A DNA stretch of 37,900 nt from Sarea resinae (Eukaryota), in assembly GCA_026026165.1 (NCBI GenBank), contig JAPEUD010000119.1:1-37900 (forward strand). Reading direction: 5' to 3'. Under the pieces are notes generated by a model. The model saw only the letters and a list, made by a program, of their open reading frames with translations. It searched no databases and was not told the origin of the DNA. Made by a program: the position numbers and the translations under genes. Below, piece by piece: positions 22,673 through 33,523 of the stretch. Positions within the stretch are counted from its first letter, which is position 1. Each line of letters begins with the position of its first letter.

Positions 22673-23396
22673 TGTTGGATTAGGCTTTTCCGGCGAGCGA
22701 AGGATCTGGTACAGTTTCGTGCGTGCGACTTTGGACGGGATAGGGAACATAGGGGGGGGCGGGAAATGCGCTAGAGTGGAGGGTGGGGAGGGTGAGGGGG
22801 GGAAAGGGGAGAAAGATGTTTTCATGGGCCGAGTGTTAAGTGTAAAGTCGTCGTTTGATCGGATCGGGACTGATTGAATCAAGAGAAGAGAAGAGGAAGA
22901 GAAGAGAAGAGGAAGAGGGGGAAAGGAGATGCCGGGAGGGATAATCTATCGATCATCAAGAGCGAAAGGAGGAGAACGAGGACGAGGACGAGGAGGAAAA
23001 CCCAAGTTGCATTTCCTTGGCGAGGGATATCTTCCCAACTAAGAGGTTGTCTTATCTATCTATCTACTGAAGTGAAAACAAAATCACGAACCTCGGCACC
23101 ACGGGGGAGAATCTCTATCGATTCTTATTTTTTTTCGTTCCTCTATCTCTTTTTCATTTTCGCATGTTGCCTTGCCGGCCTGCCTGCCGCCTTCTTACAA
23201 CTTCCTGTCTGCTGATGGCTAGGCGAGGACTAAAAAGCAGGAAAATGCGTGATTTCCCAGAGTCCCCATCCATCCATCGAACAACAAACGCCCTTCGCTA
23301 TGGAAACATAAAAGACCTGCCTACCTACCTGCCTGACCTCATAACACTTGACTACCAAACCCCCTCTCCGCCCCCAGATATTATTCACTCTATCAA

Positions 23397-26306
23397 TCAT
23401 ACACCCTCACCCAGCCTTGCGGACAACAACGCCTCACTGCCGCGCTCAGCGAGTTCAGGCATCAGCCTCACGCAGACCAGCTCCAGGACGGCGTAGACGA
23501 GATGCTTATTGGCGTACGAGTCACCGAGGAGATCCAAGACGCGCCCGACGTCGGCGACCATCTCGTCTCGCGCCGTGGCGGTGGTGGGGCGCAAGTACGT
23601 AGCGACGAGGGGCGCGGGCACGAGGTCCAGAAGGGCGTCCGCGCACGCCCGTTTGATGGCGTCTTGCTCGGCGGCCGAGGGGACGCGGCGCGCGGGGGCT
23701 AGCGTGTTGGACGGGAACAGCGCGCTGCGCAGTGTCAGGAGAAGCGGGGGCAGCAGCGACGGCTGGAGGATCGTCGTGCGCACGTGGTGCGCGAAGAGTC
23801 TAGTTTGGTTTCGATGCTTGCGTCAGTAAAAGGAGAAAGCCTCCAAAAAGAAGTCGGCTCTTTTTCTTGTTTGCTGGAGCAGATCTGATCTCCAGCGGGC
23901 TAGGTGCAAGGGACGTGCGAGGCAAACAAGCCGAGGAAGGGGGAGGGGGGAAGAAAGAAGCAAGATGGAGCCAGGGTCTGTGTACGCCGAGGAGATTGAG
24001 ACCGTGCACTCCAGTGCGCCGCCACTGAGTGGGGTGAGTGAAAGAGAAGGTGAGCGGACATAGCGATATAGTGAAATGGAAATGTGCATAAAATCGAAAT
24101 CCCGAACAATGAATATGAGATTATTGGGTCATAATCGGCAATGTGGTGGACGCTGAGATGATCGGATACGAAAAGCAATCGAGCAATCAAAAAAAAGACG
24201 AGACGGCATGTGCCGCAATGACCAGGGCCATGATGCGCGAATCGTGTAGGATTGACCACCCCGGGGAAAAGCTAAAATTGAAAAAAAATGAGGCGGCCAT
24301 GTGTGAGTGGCTGGCATCAGAAAAGTAGGGTTTGGACGTAATGTGTGGTAGAAAGAGAGAGGGGGGTGCGAAAACAATCCGTCGCATGCGGGAGGGCCCG
24401 ATGGACTAATGGATCGCGAAGCAAAGTGTCGATCAGCCGGGCGCTTAATCGAGCGTGGTGGCAGGGTGACCGGAAGGAAAGGGGCAGGGATAGGTGGTCG
24501 AAAAGCGAATTAATGAAATGAAAAGGCTTTGTTTTTTATTTGGATTTTTGGGGGGTGGGTGGGTAGAAGGACGACAAGGGAGCAACATTGGAGCGAAAAC
24601 AGCGGCGCAATGCCTCAAAAGGAATTTCGAAGCCTATCTGGTCGCAGCGATCTGACATTGACATCTGGACGTGGTGGCTCGCTCCCCCATGGACTGTAAC
24701 ACCCGGGGCGCGTAGATACCTGGCATGTACCCGTACACGGCGAGTTGGCCTGCATATGCAGTACGATAACAGACCGCGTGGGTGACACAACCAGACCCAC
24801 GTCTGAGGTGTCCGAGAAAGTCAAGTGACCGAAAACGCATGCGAGACCAATATAGAGCGTGGGAATGTGAGATCCAAAGAAATTGCAGTAAATGACGGCT
24901 CACCTGTCCAGAGGCCCGTTCGTGTCACCCACCCTTCCAGGTCCCGCCAACGCTCCCCACTGGAGCAGCGAGAGTATGCCTGAAAGCCACGGCATACGCC
25001 AGTCCAACTCGAGAAGGTGAGTGATGCAGGACCATATCCTCATGCGGAGAAATGGTGGCGGCAACGATGCGACCGTAACGGGCGATTGGCCTCGTTCTCC
25101 TCCCGCTGGTGCATAACGCTGGGCGCCGACCACCGGCGTGCGCGACGGGAGAGATGACGATGTCGCTAAAGCGACGATCATGAAACGCAATGTCGTCAAC
25201 GCCACAAATGCATATTGGAGGACGGTCCAGAACCAAACCGAGATCGTAGATGGCTTGCTCGGTGGTCTATCGGCATCTTCTTTCGACGACAGCAGGCCAA
25301 ATCGCTCCAGTTGACTCTTTTTCTTGCTATCTTCCATGTCGCCTTGAGCAATCATATCCTTGGACATGCGCGTACGAAGACTCTTCGCAATGTTTGTAAT
25401 GCCTTCCCATAGTAGCCAACCCTCGCAAACCTTCCCGCTCAGGCCATTTCCAATGATCATCTCGCCACAAATCTCTCCGACTAGGGCACGCAAACATCCA
25501 TTTTCAAGGTCTTCGGTCGGGAGAAGGACCGCCAGGGCTCCCTGAACAAGCAACTGCCGGTATCGAGTCTCGTTTTGCTGTTGATCCAATACGGTAGATG
25601 GCTCCGACGCTATTGGCACGGGGGACAATGCTGGGTGCGGATGCAAGGAATGGTATATTCGGTCTGGATCAGAAGATAGAGGCGGGGGGTGGAGAGGATA
25701 ATGAGACATGCGATATGCTGCGGCGTCATTGATTTAGCGATTAGACTGTCATAGAAAGGTCGTAGTGAATGACCTACCGACAATGTGTGCCTCGAACAGC
25801 TCCGGAATCTCGTCGAACAGGAGAGTCTCCAGGTCTACCTTTCTCAACCGCTGCTCCAGTGCCCGTGTCGAGTGAGCGAAGACTTGGATGACCTCGTCCA
25901 CAAAGACATGATCTGGTGTTATCTTGGCATACCACGAATATATAAATTCCTTGATGATGATGGCGATGAAGGCGTATAGCTGTAGATCTACGTCGTTGGA
26001 GCTCGTCAGCGGTGGCAGTAGTTCCTCCAGAGGCTTCACCGTCGTGCGATCGCGGTCATTACTCTGCAACTGATGCGCGCACAGGGTCCGGCGAATGAAG
26101 GCTTCCGTGGCCTTGTCTGAAGTGGAATCAACCGGTCGCTTGGCCGGATCTTGCTGCGCTGCTGCTCGATGCTGGGAAGATGCTCTCGAAAGCTGAGGAG
26201 CATTTGACGCCGTTCCGGTCGCGGCCAGGGAAGAGGTGTTGGATGTTGGCGGTGCCTTCGGCCGGGGCTGCAGGAAGCTGGGCGTCTTCGTCGGATTCTG
26301 TGCCAT
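23397..26306 (-). CDS. PXA-domain protein with C-terminal sorting-nexin C (PXC)-like motif and no PX domain (S. pombe Pxa1 / Nvj3-like), ~581 aa
   Basis: Exons 26306-25778, 25717-24904, 23799-23397. PXA segments LPPLTSSNDVDLQLYAFIAIIIKEFIYSWYAKIT, LETLLFDEIP and E.RYRQLLVQGALAVLLPTEDLENGCLRALV. C-terminal ANKHLVYAVLELVCVRLMPEL. Splicing GTGAGC(24903) to CTGAC..TAG(23800) restores the frame LDR|LFAHH. Confidence 0.85.
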
Positions 26307-26447
26307 GGCGACCGGACGCCGATAGACAGATTATCGCTCTATCCGCATCATTGACCGCAGTCTCCCGCTATGCCCTGACGCCTGACGGCGAGTCTGCACG
26401 AGCGATACGAGTCGGAGACGGAGACAGAGACGATGCTGATGTGCGAT

Positions 26448-26483
26448 ACGGTATGGACGGTATGGACGGTATGGACGGTATGG
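26448..26483. repeat. 9-bp tandem repeat (ACGGTATGG)x4 in the PXA/GT90 divergent promoter
   Basis: acggtatgg acggtatgg acggtatgg acggtatgg. Confidence 0.9.
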
Positions 26484-26781
26484 TGACTGAATGACGTGGT
26501 GAGAGCTCGTCCCGTACAGAGGAAGGTAAGGGAGGTAGACAGTAGATGGGCCCGGTCATGGAATGCCAGCCCTTGGAGGTGGATTGTTGATGGATGACGA
26601 AAACAAAAACAGTCACAGGTTCCCGCCGTTCACACGAAGAGCAGTAGGGAAGCAATTGGAACGCACTCTCCAATGCCCAATTCTCAATATTCTAATCCAA
26701 GACGAAGCATTTCCACTTTCTCTGCCCTGAATGCTGTCAATTCTAAACCGACGAATCCAGTCTCTCCTTTCCGCGTGCACC

Positions 26782-27057
26782 ATGTACTTCAGAAGGAGGT
26801 ACGCAGCTACAGCAGGCCGAGCCTCCAGATGCGAGAAGTCCTCGGTACGAGATTCGATGCGTACGTGTCCTGCGCGCAGCTCGTATCCGGTACTTTTCTC
26901 GCGTCCGTCTGCGGACAACAGCTTGTCGATCCATGTCCTCATGGAGCCAGACCCTGGAACGGTCGTCTTCAATCTGCAACCCATCAAGCAGCGCATTCAA
27001 AACATCATCACTGCGCTTCAATTCAGATTGAACTCCTTTGTTCCACTCGGGCCCTAA
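26782..27057 (+). CDS. Candidate small ORF / uORF (91 aa) directly upstream of the GT90 gene
   Basis: caccATG start context, open to TAA at 27055-27057, 120 bp before the GT90 ATG. No recognisable domain. Confidence 0.25.
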   Translation: MYFRRRYAATAGRASRCEKSSVRDSMRTCPARSSYPVLFSRPSADNSLSIHVLMEPDPGTVVFNLQPIKQRIQNIITALQFRLNSFVPLGP

Positions 27058-27177
27058 GCACGAGAAACCAGCCTGCGTCACGGTCCCCGGGGACTCTGCT
27101 AATCCCCCAATTCCCAGCCCTTTGGTGGTGTTTGACGCCGCTCTCCCGGATGTTGGCCCGTCGATCCATCCTCCTAG

Positions 27178-30100
27178 ATGCGCTTCTCTCTCTCCTCCTT
27201 CGCCCGTCATGCCTCGCTGTCTTCGCCGACCTTCCTCGGCGTTGTCCTGCTCGTGTGCTCTGCCGTGACGACTAAGGAGATCCCGCCGGCGCATCTGCTG
27301 TCGATCAAGTCGATTTCCTGGGCCGTAGTATGGCTCTATAGTATCCTGAAGAGTGTCCGGGCTCCCTTCGGCGGCGAGAATAGAGCGAGGCGGAAAAGAT
27401 GCTGGGGAGCGGGAAGCTTACTGGTGCTTGCGCACATATGTCAGCGAGCGAATGCGGAGCGGGAGGTCAATTGGTGGACCAAGGTTCGTTTCCCTCAGCC
27501 TCTCCCACGGCTAGAAGTCTTGATGCTGATCATCGGAACCCTAGGCTTTTTTGCCCTTTGCAGTATACATGATTCGATATCTGGATACTACGGCTGCCAC
27601 CCGCTCCTCTGTATTAGACTCGGGTGATGATGGCGCCCCTCCGAAAGGGTCACGCCGTCTCCTCGCAGTCATCACCCTCTCGTCGTTCTTCATCCTCTCT
27701 CAGCCGTTTGTTACTTCTCCGCAGGTGGCCTTGGGCCTTTGCAACCTCACCCTCATTTCGCACGCCTATATACTTCTGGAAGACGCTTTTGTCAGTGCAC
27801 AGGATGACAAGCTCGCCGGTAACGGTAGTTTCGTCTCCGCCAATGGCACGATTTCCCGACGATCGTCAACAGCTTCTGCGGAGAGCAATGCCTTTGTCCA
27901 TTGCTTAAGAGATATGTCGAGTGTGGTCGCTTTAGGCTGTGGCGCGGCCACCATTCTGTTCGAGAGCTTCAGGTTGGACGGGCTGAGCTTCTGGCCAGAG
28001 CTTGGGGAGGTCACAGGACGAGACTGGAAGGTGGGCCAATGGCAATATCACTTTGGACTTGGCATAGCCTTGGCAGCAATGGGATGTATAGAGATTGTGC
28101 TGGGGCTCGTTGTGGTAAGACACGATGCATTCTCTTATGCTATTTCCTTCTTCTCTCTCCTCTACTTGGACGCCATGCATCCAACAACTTAGCCCCTGAC
28201 TCGGAATTCGGATGGGATCAGCAAGGCACACATATGCTCCTTTTCTTTCTTGGCGCATACCGTCTCCCCTTTAGACCCCATTTGCGATGCAGAAATCTCG
28301 AACCCAATCATTTCAAAGTTACTTGGAGATCTGGCTGACAGGAATACTTTGGTCTGTGCACTTAGATTCAACGCCAAGGGGCTTTCCGTCTTGCTTTTAT
28401 CGAGCTAGGCTCGTCGATATCTGCTCGATTAATCACTTCTGCCAATCTAATGAGGGCTTGGTTTACGCCTCTGACTGCGGCCGCCTCTTACCTGTTCCTC
28501 CACGACATATCCTCTTCGTCGCACGCCACATCGGGTGCGATAAGCAAACGAAAGAGCAAGCAGATAGTATGGCTGTGGGCACTGGCTTCCTTTGGTACAT
28601 TGGCCGTTCACATTCTCCGACAACCGGAATATCTGACCATGGTACGGTCATCCAGCTCCACTCTCATCAACGGGCGGTTTCCACCAAAAGAGTCGAAGAA
28701 TTTAGCATTACTGTCGGGCAAAAACCATCCTATTCACCACCTCATTTCTAATTCAGAGCAACGATTTGCGAACATTACTGCAGCACAGTCAAAAACGCTT
28801 GCTCAAGCCGTCGCCGAGTATCGTCGAAGGTATAAAATACCTCCTCCGCCGAACTTTGACAAATGGTTTCAATTTGCAAAGAACAAGGAAGTGCAGCTTA
28901 TTGATGAGTATGATTCAATATACCATTCGCTGCTACCGTTCTGGGCATTACAGCCATCAACCATTCGAGCTAGGGCGAGGGAAGCATTGGGATTCAATAA
29001 CGCGTTGATAGGCCTGCTCATCCGGGATGGCCAGGCGGTCAAGATTGAGGGAGGACAAGAGTGGCAGCAACAGGCCACTGTCGGGATGATGAAAGACTTT
29101 GTTCGTTATCTACCGGACATGGACATCGCCTTCAACATTCATGATGAGCCGCGAGTCGTGGTTCCGCACGAGGATCTAACTAGAATGGTGGCGATAGCAA
29201 AGGATGTAGCTATGCCAGCTGCACTTTCTAACAAGGCCCCAAAGAACTCTTTCTCTAAGAGACCGAAAGATCTCAATGACGGCAAAAAAATTGAAGAGGT
29301 GAAGACAACCAGGTTCAATAAATTCGCCCATCAGCCGACTTGGACGCATTCTCGAGTCTCTTGCTCTCCGGATAGCCCTGCTCGGGCCCTTGATGAGCGG
29401 ACCTCCGATAATTTCACCTCGTATGCCGCTGGGAAGCTGGGTTTTGTGTACAATCAGACTGCATTTTCTGATATATGCATGTCGCCGTCTTTGCGGGAGA
29501 CCTACGGCTTCTTCGATCGTCCTAACGCTTTTGATATCGTGCACGATCTCTTCCCAATCTTCTCTCAGAGCAAGATCAGCAGCTTCCAAGACATTATCTA
29601 TCCTAGCCCATGGTATTGGTTTGGTAAAGTCACCTATGAAGAGGAGAAAGACTTCGAGTGGGAAGAGAAGAATAACACGATGTACTGGCGCGGTTCAACA
29701 ACGGGCGGCTTCAGCAGAGCTGGAGGATGGAGACGTCAGCACCGTCAGCACATTGTGCAGAAGGTCAATGCGCTCGACGATGCCATGGTCATGCAGAACG
29801 AAGGCAGTAAAGCAGAACCAGACTGGCACGTGAAAGAAGTGAAAAGGGAGAATTACAAAAAGATTTTCGACGTCAAATTCTCTCACGTTGGGCAGTGCGA
29901 CCCAGAAGACTGCGATGCGCAAAAGGAATTCTTCGAAGTGGTAAAACCAGCCGGTCAACAAGATGCTTGGGGGTCCAAATACCTACTCGATATGGACGGC
30001 AACGCATTCAGTGGCCGCTTCTATGCTTTTCTGAAAAGCAAGAGCCTAGTCTACAAGATGGCCATCTTCAAAGAATGGCACCAGGAGTGGCTACGGCCAT

Positions 30101-30412
30101 GGGTGCACTATATTCCGCTTAGTCTCAGGGGCGACGAGTGGGTTGAGAATGTAAGGTACTTCGTCGAAGAATCGGAGGGCAAGTCTCAAGCGCAGCGGAT
30201 GGCCATGCAAGGGCGCGATTGGGCGAACAAGGTACTACGAAACGAGGACTTTGAGGTTTGGTTCTTCCGGTTGTTGTTAGAGTAGGTCTTCCATCTCCTC
30301 CCCTTGCCAGGACCAATTGTTAGAGGGACAATCGTACTGACACTGGCAATTCTCCAGATATGGAAGAGTGATTGACGACAACCGAGATTTGATCGGCTTC
30401 GCAGATCCTTGA
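27178..30412 (+). CDS. CAP10-like glycosyltransferase family 90 (Cxt1-type beta-1,2-xylosyltransferase-like) with multi-pass N-terminus, ~948 aa
   Basis: Exons 27178-27483, 27545-28114, 28366-30281, 30358-30412. Motifs HPIHHLI, QSKTLAQAVAEYRRRYKIPPPPNFDKWF, LPDMDIAFNIHDEPRV, FSQSKISSFQDIIYPSPW, YWRGSTTGG, KYLLDMDGNAFSGRF, EWHQEWLRPWVHYIP and FRLLLEYGR. Confidence 0.9.
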
Positions 30413-31224
30413 TCGGATTCCCCATTCCTTCCTCTTCGTACAGTCATTTGAGCTAGCACCACCATAGACGGTCCCTTTGCTACCTGTGTTGCCTCGTCCA
30501 GAAAAATGTATCTTATCGAGGGGTTCTTTGTCTTTCATCGTTCTGTGTTTCATCTTTGTCCTTTTACCCCTCTCTGTAGCGGCGTTGTCGGTCATCCGAA
30601 GTTCATACCCGGGAAGATTTGTCTTAGTAGTGTTGTAATCATAGAATTGCATCGAGAGCATCTACATTATGCAGCGGGCTCCGTTCCGTTCCCAATGGCT
30701 GCGTTGTCTCAATGGACATCTAATTGAAGGGAGGTGAATCGGATGTATCAAAATGTAGGGTCCGCTCCCCCTTCCTTACCTCGCGACCATCCAAAATGTA
30801 GTGCGCCGCGACGTCATCTGTCATCCGTCAGCTGCAAAGTGTCCACCTCCACCTCCACCTCCACTCCTTCTGGCTTCCCTATTATTCCCTCGCCTCTCCT
30901 GGTCTCACCCCGTAGACTCGTTGGTGACGGCTCCATGTAAAGCGATCGAAGGGCATTGGTGCTTTGCACACAAGATTCACTCCATATCCACCTTGCAATG
31001 CCCATCATTCTTTGAAGCGATTCCTCCAGAAGATATTGATCTATCTCATTGACAGACAGAAGCTTCGGCTACCCCTCACGCTTTCAGGGTCCACGGTGCA
31101 CAGCGACCCAGGAATGTGACCGGCGTCTGATTCATCTCTGGAAACCATTGAAATCCTCTAGATCCTTTCCAGTCTCCAAAAATGTGAGTGGTTTCTCAGA
31201 GGCTGGACAACCAAGGTCACCACC

Positions 31225-32753
31225 ATGTCTTCCGTCGCCAGTACGGTATGGCGTGTGGCATCACTGGCCTATGGTTTGCTTGCTCTTTGCATCTTTTCCT
31301 TCTACGCCTTGTGTGACGGCTCCTTCTTCCGCTGGCCTTCAAAGACCGAGAAGGATGATCTCGCCCTCGGTATGACCCAGTCCATCACCCTCTCTGGCTT
31401 GAAGACACTGATCTGACTTTACATAGCAAGGAAACAGCTCTGGAATCTTTTGGATGCCCCGAATGGCCTCGAACATCACTTCTTCAAGCTTCGTTCGGGG
31501 TTCAGACTCCACTACGTCTCGAACAGACTCTCTGATTCTCACAATCTGGTCATCTTTCTTCATGGTTTTCCGGACAGCTGGGCAATCTGGAGACCGCTCC
31601 TTTCGGGCTCGCTGAGGCGCAAAGCCAAGCTCATTGCTGTCGACTTGCCCGGGTATGGAGGGAGCGATGGCCTGCCAGAATACAGCGCTACGGCGATGTT
31701 AGAAGCCGTCACCGATTTTGTAGTGGGCATGAGGGACCAGTATCAACCCGACTCTGAATCATACCCTTCGCACGGTGAAGAAAAGGTCATTCTCGTGGGC
31801 CATGATTGGGGGTGTTTGATCGGGTACAGACTGGCCGCTGAAGCCCCCCAGCTGGCAACTCGTTTTGTCTTGAGCAACTCTTTTCACGTATGTACAAAAA
31901 TCCCGTCGAAACCTTGATCTGGGAATTAACAAGAGCGCTCCAACAGATCCCATTAGCTGCGTCCAATGCCAAACGTATTACGGCCTTTGCCGAGCAAATG
32001 CTGAGGAGATTTATCCGCCAACCTCTCTCGTCACGTAACTTGCCCCGCAGGGCGCTTACGGCGTTCTTACCATTGTTGGCACAGATCAAGAAATCTGCCT
32101 ACATCTTCATTTTCAATCTACCGCGGCCTCTGGCTACTTTCTTCGGATCGATGGGCAACTACTGGTTTCTCCGTCTGACGCACGGTCTTGCCGCTGGATC
32201 ACGTCATCCTCTTGAGGGTGCCGTTGCCGCGGAGATAATGGCCTCCTCTTTGGGTCCCTCGAAGTCTGAAGCTATCACCACAGACCTTTCTGGAACCTCT
32301 TATCCTTCCAGCGTATTGCGCCGTGCTGCGAACGGCGGCTGGTCGGAGAAGATCCGACTTTACCGTGAGGGACTGGCTACTGGTGCCTGGGACAAATCTC
32401 TCGAGACCCTCGCAGAGTTGGCTAGCATTGGCGAAAGTAGAAGATCGAGCAGTGGAGCCGGCTTACTGGAGGATGGCCCCGAGGGAGCGTTGAAGGCGAA
32501 GACGACGATCGTCTGGGGAAAACGCGATCCGGCCATTGACGCCAGACTGGCAGTAGAGGGCATTGCAGATTACCTTGCGATGGACAGTCAGGTGGTCATG
32601 TTGCCCAAGACGGGACACTGGGTACCTTTCGAGCAAAATGGTAGGGATGTGCTCGAGGAAGTCATCGATTGGTCTATTGCGCCGACAAAGCAGGATCTTA
32701 TGGAAAGGGTTTCGAAGGTGTATGAAGGTGCCAAGGTCACTGTCCAGAAATGA
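31225..32753 (+). CDS. Alpha/beta-fold hydrolase, epoxide-hydrolase-like, ~470 aa
   Basis: Exons 31225-31369, 31427-31887, 31947-32753. HGFPD oxyanion motif, DLPGYGGS, GHDWG nucleophile Asp, WGKRD acid and GHW base. Hydrophobic N-terminal anchor. Confidence 0.9.
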
Positions 32754-33016
32754 TCATGGCTCTAAATCTTCTGCGAAGATCTCGATGTTTGTTTTGCATG
32801 GTATCACTAAGTCCGATCTGAGTTCACGGCGAGATACAAAAGCGAATGATAGCTCAAAACTTTCATTTTTTTTTCTTTCGAGATTCTACTTCGAGGTCTT
32901 CATCAACAGAGGTGAGATTTTGAGCGCAGGTCATAGCCGTATCTAGGAATATCTTGCCAACCAGCCCACCTCAAATTGTCGGATGAGGTTCATCGTGAAA
33001 GTAGCCTCGAGCGTCT

Positions 33017-33523
33017 CTAAAATCTGCAGTGGACCGAGTCGACCACGGGCCGCGGGAAGACAGCACAAACGGCCGACTGCTGATTGGCATTCGACCAGAC
33101 CCGAATCTCGTCCAGCAGCGCCTCGACGTCGTCGCACTTGATGAGCCCGTAGGACTTCAACCGCTCGAGCGTCTGGGCGACGTAGAGGCGGGGGTTCATG
33201 CCCGGAACCGCGTTGATGTAGTCGTCGTTTTGCTGGCAGATGCGGTTCAGGCCGACGTACGAGCCCGGGGCGAGGCGGGCGACGCGCACGGCGCCGATGA
33301 GGCCGATCTGGCGCGTGACGTCTTTGATCGGGCCGTGGTGGGTCGAGAGCATGGTGGTGCGCGGGCCCGCCTGGCCGATCTGAAGCTTCATGCCGCCGTG
33401 CGCGGGCTCGAGGTAGATGTAGATGACCCAGTGGAGGGCGTCGGGCGCGTAGGTGGGGCGTTCGAGGTAGGTCAGAATGTAGAGGCTGAAGGGAGCCAGG
33501 TCGAAGCTCGGGTTGGTGGGCAT
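33017..33523 (-). CDS. Hypothetical 168-aa protein, intronless; resembles fungal HW-motif (permuted papain-like) small proteins
   Basis: Strong GC3 codon bias, ATG after a C-rich leader, and globular composition (LYILTY...LHWVIYIY...GLIGAVRVA...L..YGLIKCDDVEALLDEI..W...PRPVV.S..C). Confidence 0.75.
   Translation of the reverse strand: MPTNPSFDLAPFSLYILTYLERPTYAPDALHWVIYIYLEPAHGGMKLQIGQAGPRTTMLSTHHGPIKDVTRQIGLIGAVRVARLAPGSYVGLNRICQQNDDYINAVPGMNPRLYVAQTLERLKSYGLIKCDDVEALLDEIRVWSNANQQSAVCAVFPRPVVDSVHCRF

Noticed and set aside
24634..24903. 89-aa ORF beginning at the PXA intron donor
   Set aside because: Starts at the GTG of the splice donor, is out of frame with exon 2 and has no recognisable motif.
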